DNA from: an uncultured Lutibacter sp.
GTDB lineage: Bacteria > Bacteroidota > Bacteroidia > Flavobacteriales > Flavobacteriaceae
DNA length: 64,000 bases
NCBI RefSeq assembly: GCF_947495725.1
Contig: NZ_CANLZZ010000003.1
Span: 240,341-304,340 of the forward strand
Direction: 5' to 3'
Position numbers and translations under genes: made by a program. Of the stretch, positions 27,754 through 37,874 are shown in pieces; the stretch's first letter is position 1, and each line of letters opens with the position of its first letter. A model generated the notes under the pieces. The model was not told the DNA's origin. It did not search any database and saw only the letters and a list, made by a program, of their open reading frames with translations.

Positions 27754-28089
27754 TTAACTAATTGCTTTTTTTATATCTTCTATTGAAATATAACTATGTG
27801 ACTCACTGTATACCACTTCCTTATTTTTTAATACAATTACTTGAGGTGACTGATGTTGAACATCAAAAGTATTAGCTATTTCATTTGAAATTTCTCTAAA
27901 TTTCAACAAATCTAAATAAAATGGTGTCAATTTGTCTTCTGAAATATCAAAACTTCGTTCAAAATTATTCAATGCAAATCTGCTAATTCCGCATCGTGTA
28001 CTGTGCTTAAAAATAAGCACTGCTTTACTTTCTGAAACATTAACTAGTTTTTCTAGCTTATTTACATCTTCTAATAAATTCCAATTCAT
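27754..28089 (-). CDS. ytxJ: YtxJ-type monothiol thioredoxin-like protein (bacillithiol-system associated)
   Basis: 111 aa with the motif HSTRCGIS at the position expected for the YtxJ/DUF2847 family. Confidence 0.8.
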   Translation of the reverse strand: MNWNLLEDVNKLEKLVNVSESKAVLIFKHSTRCGISRFALNNFERSFDISEDKLTPFYLDLLKFREISNEIANTFDVQHQSPQVIVLKNKEVVYSESHSYISIEDIKKAIS

Positions 28090-28218
28090 ACTTTAAAATT
28101 TAGACAAAATGTCCGTTAAACCCTTATAAAACAAGACATATTGACTGTTTTAACTGTTATTTATCAAATGGAATACCTTTTGACTGCTCAAAGATATAAA
28201 TGAAAAAATAAAAACGTT

Positions 28219-30807
28219 ATGAACTTTAATAATTTAACAATAAAATCGCAAGAAGCTATTCAACAAGGGCAGCAAATTGCACAAAGTTTAGAACATCAAC
28301 AAATTGAAAATTCTCATATTTTAAAAGGAATTTTTGAAGTTGATGAAAATGTAACTCCTTTTATATTTAAAAAATTAGGAGTTAATTTAGATTTAGTAAA
28401 AACTCTGATAGATAAAACTTTACAAAGTTATGCAAAAGTGTCTGGAGGAGATAGTATGCTTTCAAGAAATGCATCAAAAATGTTAAATACGGCAAATTCT
28501 GAAGCAAAAAAAATGAACGATGAATTTGTTTCAATTGAGCACTTATTATTGGCTTTACTAAAAACAAAAGATACTACCTCTCAAATACTAAAAGATCAAG
28601 GAATTACTGAAAAAGATTTACAAGCAGCCATTTCTGAATTAAGAAAAGGAAGCAAAGTAACATCTCAAAGTGCCGAAGAAACATATAATTCGCTAAATAA
28701 ATATGCGCGCAATTTAAATCAATTGGCAAAAGAAGGAAAACTAGATCCTGTAATTGGTAGAGATGAAGAAATTAGAAGAATTCTTCAAATTTTATCACGT
28801 AGAACAAAAAACAACCCAATGTTAGTTGGTGAACCTGGAACGGGTAAAACAGCTATTGCTGAAGGTTTGGCACATAGAATTATAAAAGGTGATATTCCCG
28901 AAAATTTAAAGGACAAACAAATTTACTCTTTAGATATGGGTGCCTTAATTGCTGGAGCAAAATACAAAGGTGAATTTGAAGAGCGTTTAAAATCTGTTGT
29001 AAAAGAAGTAACTTCTGCTAATGGGGAAATAGTTTTATTTATTGACGAAATACATACCTTAGTTGGTGCTGGTGGTGGACAAGGAGCTATGGATGCTGCA
29101 AATATTTTAAAACCTGCATTGGCTCGAGGAGAACTTAGAGCAATTGGCGCAACTACTTTAGATGAGTATCAAAAATATTTCGAAAAAGATAAAGCACTTG
29201 AGCGAAGATTTCAAAAAGTAATTGTAGACGAACCAGATACTGAAAGCGCTATTTCAATTTTACGTGGTATTAAAGAGAAATATGAAAATCATCATAAAGT
29301 TCAAATTAAAGATGATGCCATTATAGCTGCTGTAGAATTATCTCAACGCTATATTTCTAATCGTTTTTTACCAGATAAAGCTATAGATTTAATGGATGAA
29401 GCTGCTGCAAAATTACGTATGGAAATTAATTCTAAACCTGAAGAGTTAGATGTTTTGGACAGAAAAATAATGCAGTTAGAAATTGAAATTGAAGCAATTA
29501 AACGTGAAAAAGACGAAAAAAAATTAGCATCTCTTAAAAAAGAAGTCGCTAATTTAAAAGAAGATAGAAATGAAATAAATGCAAAATGGGTTAGTGAAAA
29601 AGAATTGGTTGAAGCTGTTCAGGAAAGCAAAGAAGCCATTGAAAACTATAAGTTAGAAGCTGATAGAGCTGAACGAGAAGGTGATTATGGAAAGGTTGCA
29701 GAATTACGCTATGGAAAAATAAAAGAAGAGCAAGAACACTTAGAAGAACTTCAAAAAGAAATTGCAATAGATCAGGATGGCGCTTTAATTAAAGAAGAAG
29801 TAACACGAGATGATATTGCTGAAGTTGTGGCTAAATGGACTGGAATTCCTGTTACCAAAATGCTACAAAGTGATCGTGAAAAACTGTTGCATTTAGAAGT
29901 TGAGCTTCATAATAGAGTTGTTGGACAAGAAGAAGCTATTGTTGCTGTTGCAGACGCTGTTCGTCGTTCACGAGCAGGATTACAAGATGATAAAAAACCT
30001 TTGGGTTCCTTTTTATTCCTTGGAACAACAGGTGTAGGTAAAACTGAACTTGCCAAAGCATTGGCAGAGTATTTATTTGATGATGAAAACTCAATGACTA
30101 GAATTGATATGAGTGAATATCAAGAACGCCACGCTGTTAGTCGTTTAGTTGGTGCGCCTCCAGGTTATGTTGGTTATGAAGAAGGTGGACAATTAACTGA
30201 AGCGGTTAGACGTAAACCTTATTCTGTAATTCTTTTAGATGAAATAGAGAAAGCGCATCCAGATACTTTTAACATTTTGCTACAAGTATTAGATGAAGGT
30301 AGATTGACCGATAATAAAGGTCGAGTAGCCGATTTTAGAAATACTATAATTATCATGACTTCTAATATGGGAGCTCATATAATACAAGAAAGGTTTGAAA
30401 AAATGGATATGGCTAAACGCGACCAAGTAACAGAATCTACAAAACTTGAAGTGGTTGATTTACTAAGACAAACTATTAGACCCGAATTTTTAAATCGTAT
30501 TGACGAGATTATAATGTTTACACCATTAAATAAAATTGAAATTGAACAAATTGTTCGCTTACAATTAAATGGTTTAATTAAAATGTTGAAATCAAAAGAT
30601 ATTAAAATTGAATATACCGAAGATTTAGTTGAAACATTAGCCGAAAAAGGATTTGACCCTCAATTTGGAGCTAGACCCGTAAAACGTGTTATTCAAAAAG
30701 AAGTGTTGAATGAACTTTCAAAAGAAATTTTATCCGGTAAAGTTACAGCAAGTAGCTATATTCTACTAGATGCGTTTGATGACAAAATTGTTTTTAGAAA
30801 CAAATAA
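28219..30807 (+). CDS. clpB: ATP-dependent chaperone ClpB
   Basis: 862 aa with a Clp N-domain, two AAA+ modules (GEPGTGKT and GTTGVGKT Walker A motifs), and a long middle coiled coil. Confidence 0.96.
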   Translation: MNFNNLTIKSQEAIQQGQQIAQSLEHQQIENSHILKGIFEVDENVTPFIFKKLGVNLDLVKTLIDKTLQSYAKVSGGDSMLSRNASKMLNTANSEAKKMNDEFVSIEHLLLALLKTKDTTSQILKDQGITEKDLQAAISELRKGSKVTSQSAEETYNSLNKYARNLNQLAKEGKLDPVIGRDEEIRRILQILSRRTKNNPMLVGEPGTGKTAIAEGLAHRIIKGDIPENLKDKQIYSLDMGALIAGAKYKGEFEERLKSVVKEVTSANGEIVLFIDEIHTLVGAGGGQGAMDAANILKPALARGELRAIGATTLDEYQKYFEKDKALERRFQKVIVDEPDTESAISILRGIKEKYENHHKVQIKDDAIIAAVELSQRYISNRFLPDKAIDLMDEAAAKLRMEINSKPEELDVLDRKIMQLEIEIEAIKREKDEKKLASLKKEVANLKEDRNEINAKWVSEKELVEAVQESKEAIENYKLEADRAEREGDYGKVAELRYGKIKEEQEHLEELQKEIAIDQDGALIKEEVTRDDIAEVVAKWTGIPVTKMLQSDREKLLHLEVELHNRVVGQEEAIVAVADAVRRSRAGLQDDKKPLGSFLFLGTTGVGKTELAKALAEYLFDDENSMTRIDMSEYQERHAVSRLVGAPPGYVGYEEGGQLTEAVRRKPYSVILLDEIEKAHPDTFNILLQVLDEGRLTDNKGRVADFRNTIIIMTSNMGAHIIQERFEKMDMAKRDQVTESTKLEVVDLLRQTIRPEFLNRIDEIIMFTPLNKIEIEQIVRLQLNGLIKMLKSKDIKIEYTEDLVETLAEKGFDPQFGARPVKRVIQKEVLNELSKEILSGKVTASSYILLDAFDDKIVFRNK

Positions 30808-30827
30808 TAATTAACATAAAATTACTG

Positions 30828-30860
30828 AGGCCGTTTATTTAATATTAAACGGCCTTTTTT
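30828..30860 (+). terminator. Rho-independent terminator after clpB
   Basis: GGCCGTTTA (30829-30837) pairs with TAAACGGCC (30846-30854), followed by TTTTTT. Confidence 0.8.
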
Positions 30861-30888
30861 GTATATCTTAGATTTTTAAAATTTTTTT

Positions 30889-31386
30889 ATGAAAAATATA
30901 GCTTTCTTTTTGTTTATAGCCTTGTATTCTTTAAATATTCAGTCTCAAAATTCCGACATAACAACTTATTATTTTATTCGACATGCTGAAAAAGTAACAA
31001 AAGATAAAACTAATAATAATCCCGAATTATCTAAAAAAGGTAATAAAAGAGCTAAAGAATGGAGTGAAATATTTGAAAATATAAAATTTGATGCTATTTA
31101 TTCAACAAACTATTTTAGAACCTTACAAACAGCCCAACCAACCGCACGTAAAAACAATTTAGAAATTCAATTTTACAATCCAAGAGAATTAGTAAGTCCA
31201 GATTTTCAAGTTAAAACTAAAGGAAAAACCATTTTAGTTGTTGGACATAGCAATACAACTCCCGCTATTGTAAATAAGATTCTAAATAATAATAAGTATA
31301 GTACTATAAAAGAGAATGTTTATGGTAATTTATACATAGTAACTCTTACCAAAACTGATAAAATTGACATACTTTTAAAAATTTAA
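30889..31386 (+). CDS. Histidine phosphatase family protein (SixA/PGAM-like), secreted
   Basis: 165 aa with a signal peptide. It has the RHAEK catalytic motif and a downstream VVGHSNT motif. Confidence 0.75.
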   Translation: MKNIAFFLFIALYSLNIQSQNSDITTYYFIRHAEKVTKDKTNNNPELSKKGNKRAKEWSEIFENIKFDAIYSTNYFRTLQTAQPTARKNNLEIQFYNPRELVSPDFQVKTKGKTILVVGHSNTTPAIVNKILNNNKYSTIKENVYGNLYIVTLTKTDKIDILLKI

Positions 31387-31498
31387 AACGACTTTTTTTC
31401 ATAACAATATGAAACATTGTCATATTTTTAAAAACGGCACTTAAATTGCTTATTACTAGGTGAGTAAAAATATTTGTTTAACCTTAAAATTTAAAAAT

Positions 31499-31927
31499 AT
31501 GTTAGTAAAAACAAATGGTATTCCTGTAATACCAACGTCGTTTAATGATTTTTTTAGAGATTTATCGTTGCCTAATTTATCACAAAATAACACTACATTA
31601 CCAGCTGTTAATATTTCAGAAAATGATGACGAATTTAAAGTTAAAGTTGCCGTTCCAGGTATGGATAAAAAAGATTTTAATATTAATTTAGATAATAACA
31701 TTTTAACAATCCAATCTGAAAAAGAAACGGAAAATGAAGAAAATGAATTAAATTATAGCCATAAAGAATATAGCTATTCTTCATTTAAAAGAACATTTAC
31801 TTTACCTAAAAATGTGGTAGATAACGATAAAATTATGGCAACATATAAAAATGGTGAATTGGAAATTATAATTCCAAAATTGGAAACTGCAAAACCAAAA
31901 CCAGTTAAATTAATAGAAGTTCTTTAA
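31499..31927 (+). CDS. Hsp20/alpha-crystallin small heat-shock protein
   Basis: The ORF track starts at GTG 31460, but the ATG at 31499 (MLVKTNG) is more likely. The alpha-crystallin domain shows VNISENDDEFKVKVAVPG...GELEIIIPK. Confidence 0.88.
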   Translation: MLVKTNGIPVIPTSFNDFFRDLSLPNLSQNNTTLPAVNISENDDEFKVKVAVPGMDKKDFNINLDNNILTIQSEKETENEENELNYSHKEYSYSSFKRTFTLPKNVVDNDKIMATYKNGELEIIIPKLETAKPKPVKLIEVL

Positions 31928-31948
31928 AGAAATATTAACTTCAAAAAA

Positions 31949-31983
31949 TATAGCGCAGCTGATTTTCAACTGCGCTATTTATT
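31949..31983 (+). terminator. Rho-independent terminator after hsp20
   Basis: TAGCGCAG (31951-31958) pairs with CTGCGCTA (31970-31977), followed by a T-rich tail. Confidence 0.7.
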
Positions 31984-32016
31984 TATCATTAAATTTATAT
32001 TTACATTTGTACTTGT

Positions 32017-32475
32017 ATGCAGAAAAAAATTAACATAAAAAATAAAAAAGCTCGTTTTGAATACGAGATTTTAGATAAATATATTGCTGGAATACAGTTA
32101 ACTGGAACAGAAATTAAATCTATTCGAGAAAGTAAAGCTCGAATAACTGAAAGTTTTTGTGAGTTTAACGAAAAAGGTGAACTTTTTGCAATTAATATGT
32201 TTATTGAAGAATATTTATATGGACATTCTTTTAATCATAAACCCAAAAGTGAACGTAAACTTTTATTAAATAAAGGTGAATTAAAAAAATTACAAAAAGA
32301 AGTTCAAAATGTTGGGTTAACAATTGTACCTCTTAGATTATTTTTAACAGAAAAAGGCTGGGCTAAATTAGAAATTGCACTTTGTAGGGGTAAGAAAAAT
32401 TATGACAAACGTGAGGTAATGAAAGAAAGAGACACCAAACGTGATTTAGATAGACTTAAGAAAGCTTTCAATTAA
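32017..32475 (+). CDS. smpB: SsrA-binding protein
   Basis: 152 aa with KNKKARFEYEI, GTEIKSIR, and the basic C-terminal tail typical of SmpB. Confidence 0.94.
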   Translation: MQKKINIKNKKARFEYEILDKYIAGIQLTGTEIKSIRESKARITESFCEFNEKGELFAINMFIEEYLYGHSFNHKPKSERKLLLNKGELKKLQKEVQNVGLTIVPLRLFLTEKGWAKLEIALCRGKKNYDKREVMKERDTKRDLDRLKKAFN

Positions 32476-32481
32476 AGATTA

Positions 32482-33390
32482 ATGAAAAGTGCGGTATATT
32501 TTAAATTAATTCGTTGGAAAAATCTATTAATTATTGCTTTCACTTTTTATATTTTGCGTTTCCATTTTTTTAATTATTTAAAAATTGAGCTGAATTTAAC
32601 CTTACCTCAATTTTTTCAATTACTACTTTCAGTTATTTTTATAACCGCTGCAGGTTATATTATTAATGACATTTATGATATTGAAACAGATAAAATTAAT
32701 AAACCAAATAAACTATTAGTTTCAAAAAAAATATCTAAAGAAACAGCAAAACGATGGTATTTATTTACAAACACTATTGGACTAATTTTGGGAATTTCTC
32801 TTTGTTTAAACACCTCCAATCCATCACTTTCTTTACTTTTTATAACAACATCTCTTCTACTCTATTATTATAGTAAAAAATTAAAATCAGTTGCTTTATT
32901 AGGCAATTTAATAGTGTCATTATTAGTTACACTAAGTTTTATTCTTTTATTCTTTTTTGAAATTAATTTAAATATTAAAAACGAATCAAATGAACTTGTT
33001 ATTATTGTATTTACCTTACTTGCATTATTTTCTTTTTTTCTAAATTTAATACGAGAATTAGTTAAAGATATTGAAGATGTAGACGGTGATTATAATGTTA
33101 ACCTTAAAACATTACCTATATTATTTGGAAGAAATAGAATTAAAAAAGCAGCATCATATTTATGCTTATTACCTTTACTTCTATTATTTATTGTTATTTG
33201 GAAATTCGCTGATATTTACCAAATAACTAGTTTGTATTTGCTACTGTTTGTTTTAATACCATTAGTATATGTATCTATTAAATTAAGATCAATTTCCACT
33301 AAAAAAGCATTTCATAATATAAGTTCTATTCTAAAAATAATAATGTTTTTGGGAATTACCTCAATATTCATATTCACAAAATTTCAATAA
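32482..33390 (+). CDS. UbiA-family prenyltransferase
   Basis: 302 aa with ~8 TM helices. Asp-rich motifs are NDIYDIETDKIN and KDIEDVDGD. Confidence 0.85.
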   Translation: MKSAVYFKLIRWKNLLIIAFTFYILRFHFFNYLKIELNLTLPQFFQLLLSVIFITAAGYIINDIYDIETDKINKPNKLLVSKKISKETAKRWYLFTNTIGLILGISLCLNTSNPSLSLLFITTSLLLYYYSKKLKSVALLGNLIVSLLVTLSFILLFFFEINLNIKNESNELVIIVFTLLALFSFFLNLIRELVKDIEDVDGDYNVNLKTLPILFGRNRIKKAASYLCLLPLLLLFIVIWKFADIYQITSLYLLLFVLIPLVYVSIKLRSISTKKAFHNISSILKIIMFLGITSIFIFTKFQ

Positions 33391-33972
33391 ATGTTATCTC
33401 AAAAATTAAAAGATAAAAATATTATTCTAGCTTCTGGATCACCAAGAAGACAAGAACTTTTTAAAGAGTTAGATATAAAATTCTCTATAAAAGTAAAACA
33501 AATTGATGAAGTTTATGATTCTACTTTAAAAGCAGAACAAATCACTAATTATTTAGCATTAAAAAAGGCAGAAGCATTTGAAAGTGAATTACTTGAAAAC
33601 GATTTGGTAATTACCTCCGACACCATTGTTTGGCATAACAGTAAACCTTTAGAGAAACCAAAAAACGAACAAGAAGCCATTATAATGCTTCAAAGTTTAT
33701 CTGGCACATCGCATACTGTAATTACTTCGGTATGCTTTAAATCGAAAAAAAAGCAAAAAGTTTTTTACGACAGTACTCAAGTCTTTTTTAAAAAATTAAC
33801 CCATAATGAAATAACATATTATGTTAAAAAATACAAACCTTTTGATAAAGCTGGAGCATATGGAATTCAAGAATGGATAGGTTTTATAGGGGTTACAAAG
33901 CTTATTGGAAGCTATTTTAACGTAATGGGATTTCCTGTTCATAAAGTTTACGAAGAATTATTGAAATTTTAG
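33391..33972 (+). CDS. maf: Maf-family nucleoside triphosphate pyrophosphatase
   Basis: 193 aa with LASGSPRRQELF, TSDTIV and KAGAYGIQ. Confidence 0.92.
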   Translation: MLSQKLKDKNIILASGSPRRQELFKELDIKFSIKVKQIDEVYDSTLKAEQITNYLALKKAEAFESELLENDLVITSDTIVWHNSKPLEKPKNEQEAIIMLQSLSGTSHTVITSVCFKSKKKQKVFYDSTQVFFKKLTHNEITYYVKKYKPFDKAGAYGIQEWIGFIGVTKLIGSYFNVMGFPVHKVYEELLKF

Positions 33973-34026
33973 TTTCATTACACATAATATCATTATTTTT
34001 GACAGATTTTTATTAATAATTATAAC

Positions 34027-34980
34027 ATGAAGAAATACACTTTTACCGAAAAGAAAGATACAAGATCGGGATTTGGAGCTGGATTAGCAGAATTAGGAAG
34101 AAAGAATCCAAATGTGGTTGCATTATGTGCCGATTTGATTGGTTCTTTAAAAATGGAGAAATTTATAGAAGAAAACCCAGATCGTTTTTTTCAAATTGGT
34201 ATTGCAGAGGCTAATATGATTGGTATTGCAGCTGGATTAACAATTGGAGGTAAAATACCTTTTACTGGAACATTTGCAAACTTTTCTACGGGTAGAGTTT
34301 ATGACCAAATTCGTCAATCTGTAGCATATTCAGATAAAAATGTAAAAATTTGTGCTTCACACGCTGGTTTAACTTTAGGTGAAGATGGAGCAACTCACCA
34401 AATATTAGAAGATATTGGTTTAATGAAAATGCTTCCAGGAATGACCGTAATTAACACTTGTGATTACAACCAAACCAAAGCTGCTACCATTGCAATTGCA
34501 GATTACGATGGTCCGGTTTATTTACGTTTTGGTCGTCCTGTAGTTCCTGTTTTTACACCAGAGAATGAAGAATTTATTGTTGGAAAAGCAATAAACCTTA
34601 CAGAAGGAAATGACGTAACTATAGTTGCAACTGGACACTTAGTTTGGGAGGCATTACAAGCTGCCGAGCAATTAGAAGCTAAAGGTATTAGTGCTGAAGT
34701 TATTAATATTCATACTATTAAACCTTTGGATGAAGAAGCAATTTTAAAATCTGTTGCAAAAACCGGTTGTATTGTTACAGCTGAAGAACATAATGTAATT
34801 GGTGGCTTAGGAGAAAGTGTATCGCGAGTTTTAGTTCAAAATAATTTAGTTCCTCAAGAGTTTGTAGCTGTAAACGATAGCTTTGGAGAATCTGGTACTC
34901 CGGCTCAACTAATGGAAAAATACAAATTGAATGACAAAGCAATTATAAATGCTGTGGAAAAAGTTATAGCAAGAAAATAA
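34027..34980 (+). CDS. Transketolase, C-terminal (pyrimidine-binding plus C-terminal domain) subunit
   Basis: 317 aa. GIAEANMIGIAAGL and the split-transketolase subunit size fit. No N-terminal subunit gene is adjacent. Confidence 0.88.
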   Translation: MKKYTFTEKKDTRSGFGAGLAELGRKNPNVVALCADLIGSLKMEKFIEENPDRFFQIGIAEANMIGIAAGLTIGGKIPFTGTFANFSTGRVYDQIRQSVAYSDKNVKICASHAGLTLGEDGATHQILEDIGLMKMLPGMTVINTCDYNQTKAATIAIADYDGPVYLRFGRPVVPVFTPENEEFIVGKAINLTEGNDVTIVATGHLVWEALQAAEQLEAKGISAEVINIHTIKPLDEEAILKSVAKTGCIVTAEEHNVIGGLGESVSRVLVQNNLVPQEFVAVNDSFGESGTPAQLMEKYKLNDKAIINAVEKVIARK

Positions 34981-35030
34981 TTAAATTCTTTTTTCGTTAT
35001 TATTAAATCTAACTACTAAATTAATATTTT

Positions 35031-35642
35031 ATGAAAAAAAGAATAGTATTATTTTCAATTGCTTTTATAGCTTCATTTTTGGTGATGAATGCCCAAAATG
35101 GTTTTGGTATAAAGGCTGGTTTAAGTTATAATTCAAATGGAGATTTAAAAGAATTTACCACAGATGTAGACAATATTTACAAAGGTCAATCAAAATCAGG
35201 ATTTAATGTTGGGTTATTTGGAAAAATAAACCTTGGTGCTATTTATATACGTCCAGAATTGGTTTACACAAAAACAACAAGCGAGTATGAAATTAATTCT
35301 CAGGCTGAGGATTTTGAAATGTCGAAAATAGATGTTCCTGTATTAGTTGGTTTAAAATTAATAGGACCTATTAATGTATTTGCCGGTCCTGCTTTTCAAT
35401 ATATTTTAGATAATGATTTAAATGGATTGGATTTTGAAAAAGTAGAAAATGAATTTTCTTTAGGTATAAATATTGGCGCTTCTGTTGAGTTTGGAAGAAT
35501 CGGAATTGATGTTAGATACGAAAGAGGTTTAAGTGAAAATGAAGCCTCTTGGTCTAAAGCGGGTGAGGAATTTACTTTAGATTCAAGACCTGAACAAATT
35601 ATTTTTAGTTTATCATATAGTTTAACTAAAAAGAAAGAATAA
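35031..35642 (+). CDS. Outer-membrane beta-barrel (porin-family) protein
   Basis: 203 aa with a signal peptide and alternating beta-strand pattern (GIKAGLSYN..., GINIGASVEF, IDVRYERG). Confidence 0.75.
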   Translation: MKKRIVLFSIAFIASFLVMNAQNGFGIKAGLSYNSNGDLKEFTTDVDNIYKGQSKSGFNVGLFGKINLGAIYIRPELVYTKTTSEYEINSQAEDFEMSKIDVPVLVGLKLIGPINVFAGPAFQYILDNDLNGLDFEKVENEFSLGINIGASVEFGRIGIDVRYERGLSENEASWSKAGEEFTLDSRPEQIIFSLSYSLTKKKE

Positions 35643-35665
35643 AAGCTACAATACGTTTTAAATAT

Positions 35666-35695
35666 AAAAACCTCTCAATAATTGAGAGGTTTTTA
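35666..35695 (+). terminator. Rho-independent terminator after the beta-barrel gene
   Basis: AAAAACCTCTCAATAATTGAGAGGTTTTT. Confidence 0.8.
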
Positions 35696-35789
35696 TATTT
35701 AAAGCAATAAACAGACTTAATTATATGTATAAAAGATATTTTAAACAAAACTAAAAGCTTAAAAAATAATCCTAACAATTAGTTTATAT

Positions 35790-35826
35790 AAAAAAAATCT
35801 CCACTCAAAAAAGCGGAGATTTTTTA
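35790..35826 (-). terminator. Rho-independent terminator after the FKBP gene
   Basis: ATCTCCAC pairs with GCGGAGAT (one mismatch) and is flanked by A and T runs, 20 nt beyond the stop at 35846. Confidence 0.7.
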
Positions 35827-35845
35827 AAACTATTTTCTATGTATT

Positions 35846-36637
35846 TTAATTATTAGGATCTAAATATTTTCCATCCTCTAATTCGTCTTTAGTCAAAATT
35901 CCATCTCCATCATCATCAGCATCCAAATAATTTGGAATTAAATCACCGTCAGTATCATCGTTTCTAACATCTCCATCATTATCAATATCTTCATCAATTG
36001 ATAAAATTCCATCGGTATCGTGATCAGTTTGTTTAACTGCCTTTAAATCAATTTCAAAAATTAAAGGAGAATTCTCTGGAATTAAAGTTTGTGTAATATT
36101 CCCATAAGCCAGACCTGAAGGTATAAACAAAATTCCTTTTCCCGAATTTTCATAATAAAAGGATTCGTCATCATTCAGTTTTAATTCACCACCTTTAAAA
36201 TGCTCAAATCCATAAGACCAACCATCAATTACACTTGTAAGAGGCAACCATACAATATTAGATGCAGAATCAAATACCACACTATCTAATTTCATACCAG
36301 TATAAGTTACAAGTACTGAATCTGCTCTTGTTGGAAAAATATCACCGCTTCCTTCAAATTGTTTTAAATAATATAAGGTATAATTAATATCGTTTTTTTC
36401 AATAGTTTGAGATTTTAATCTAACATCATCCATTAATGAAGATTCACCATTTTCTATAGTCCATAAACCTCCATCCTCTTCATTTAAATAATGTGTTTGC
36501 AAATAGCTTATTAAAGCATCATTATCTATAACTGCTTGTGCTTCTGCATCAAAATTATCATTTTCATCATCATCTTTATTACAAGAAAAAATAGCTAATC
36601 CAATTACAAATAAAACTATAAAATATTTAATCTTCAT
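35846..36637 (-). CDS. FKBP-type peptidyl-prolyl isomerase lipoprotein with C-terminal Asp-rich calcium-binding-type repeats
   Basis: 263 aa with lipobox IFSCNKDD. The FKBP core shows [27 protein letters not shown] and GLAYG....[13 protein letters not shown]. The tail is [43 protein letters not shown]. Confidence 0.8.
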   Translation of the reverse strand: MKIKYFIVLFVIGLAIFSCNKDDDENDNFDAEAQAVIDNDALISYLQTHYLNEEDGGLWTIENGESSLMDDVRLKSQTIEKNDINYTLYYLKQFEGSGDIFPTRADSVLVTYTGMKLDSVVFDSASNIVWLPLTSVIDGWSYGFEHFKGGELKLNDDESFYYENSGKGILFIPSGLAYGNITQTLIPENSPLIFEIDLKAVKQTDHDTDGILSIDEDIDNDGDVRNDDTDGDLIPNYLDADDDGDGILTKDELEDGKYLDPNN

Positions 36638-36724
36638 TTATATTAATTTTAAGCACGCAAGATACTATTTTCATATCTTTGGCGAAAGAGAAAATTTAAA
36701 ATTTAACTTTATTATAGTATTTAT

Positions 36725-37096
36725 ATGAGAATTGATAAATTTTTATGGTGTATTCGATTTTACAAAACAAGAAGTATTGCAACTGAAGCTTGTAAAAAAG
36801 GACATGTAAAAATTAATGATTCCAATACGAAACCTTCAAAATTAGTATTTAGCGGTGAAATAATTTCAATTCGAAAAAATCAAATTAATTATAAAATTAA
36901 AGTTTTGGATATTCCCGCAAATCGTGTAGGTGCAAAATTGGTTGATTTATATAGAAAAGATATAACACCTTCTGAAGAATTTGAAAAACTTGATTTGTTA
37001 AAATATTCGAAAGATTATTATAGAAAAAAAGGAACAGGAAGACCTACTAAAAAAGACCGAAGAGACATAGAAGATTATCAAGATGATGAAAATTGA
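36725..37096 (+). CDS. S4-domain RNA-binding protein (Hsp15-like)
   Basis: 123 aa. MRIDKFLWCIRFYKTRSIATEACKKGHVKIN matches the S4 alpha-L motif. Confidence 0.85.
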   Translation: MRIDKFLWCIRFYKTRSIATEACKKGHVKINDSNTKPSKLVFSGEIISIRKNQINYKIKVLDIPANRVGAKLVDLYRKDITPSEEFEKLDLLKYSKDYYRKKGTGRPTKKDRRDIEDYQDDEN

Positions 37097-37871
37097 TTTA
37101 TTAAATAAAAAAGCACTTGTTGGAGGAAGTACCCAAGGCTTGGGAAAAGCAATAGCAGTTCAACTGGCCAAATGCGGTGCTAACATTACTTTAATGGCTC
37201 GTAATGAAGAAAAATTAATAAATGTTTTAAAGGAATTAGATACTACTTACAATCAAAATCATCAATATTTGGTCGTTGATTTTTATAATTTCGAATCTTA
37301 CAAAGCAATTTTAACTAGTTTTTTTAATAACAATAGTGTTGACATTTTAGTAAATAACACAAATGGACCAGAAAGCGGAACAGCGTTACAAAAAAACACC
37401 GAAGATTTTCAAAAAGCATTTGACTTATTATTTAAAACAACTCAATTAACAACTTCTTTAGCCTTAAAAGCAATGGAGTCAAAAGGTTTTGGAAGAATTA
37501 TAAACGCAACATCAATAAGTGTTAAAGAACCCATAAACAACTTAGTTTTATCCAATTCAATAAGAGCAGCAGTAACAACCTGGGCTAAAACATTAGCTAC
37601 CACTATTGCTAATAAAGGAATTACTGTAAATAATATTTTAACTGGAATATTTGATACTGAAAGAATTACACAATTAAATAAATTACAGGCAAAGACTAGA
37701 AGTATTGCTATTGAACAAGTACTCGAAGAATTAGAAAACTCTATTCCAATGAAAAGAATTGGCAAACCTAAAGAATTTGCCTATTTGGTAACATTTTTAG
37801 CTTCGGAATATGCTTCATATATTACAGGTACAAATATTGTTATCGATGGTGGATTAATTAAATCTCTTTAA
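37083..37871 (+). CDS. SDR-family oxidoreductase, atypical active site
   Basis: 262 aa with a Rossmann motif (GGSTQGLGKAIA). Aligned against the FabG in this window, the YxxxK position reads SNSIR. The gene overlaps the upstream S4-domain gene by 14 nt. Confidence 0.8.
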   Translation: MMKIDLLNKKALVGGSTQGLGKAIAVQLAKCGANITLMARNEEKLINVLKELDTTYNQNHQYLVVDFYNFESYKAILTSFFNNNSVDILVNNTNGPESGTALQKNTEDFQKAFDLLFKTTQLTTSLALKAMESKGFGRIINATSISVKEPINNLVLSNSIRAAVTTWAKTLATTIANKGITVNNILTGIFDTERITQLNKLQAKTRSIAIEQVLEELENSIPMKRIGKPKEFAYLVTFLASEYASYITGTNIVIDGGLIKSL

Positions 37872-37874
37872 TTA

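Noticed and set aside
28140-28218. A repeated TTGACTG motif (about 28153 and 28184) upstream of clpB, as a possible heat-shock promoter or operator.
   Set aside because: The motif is short, there are only two copies, and it is not shared with the hsp20 upstream region. Support is insufficient.
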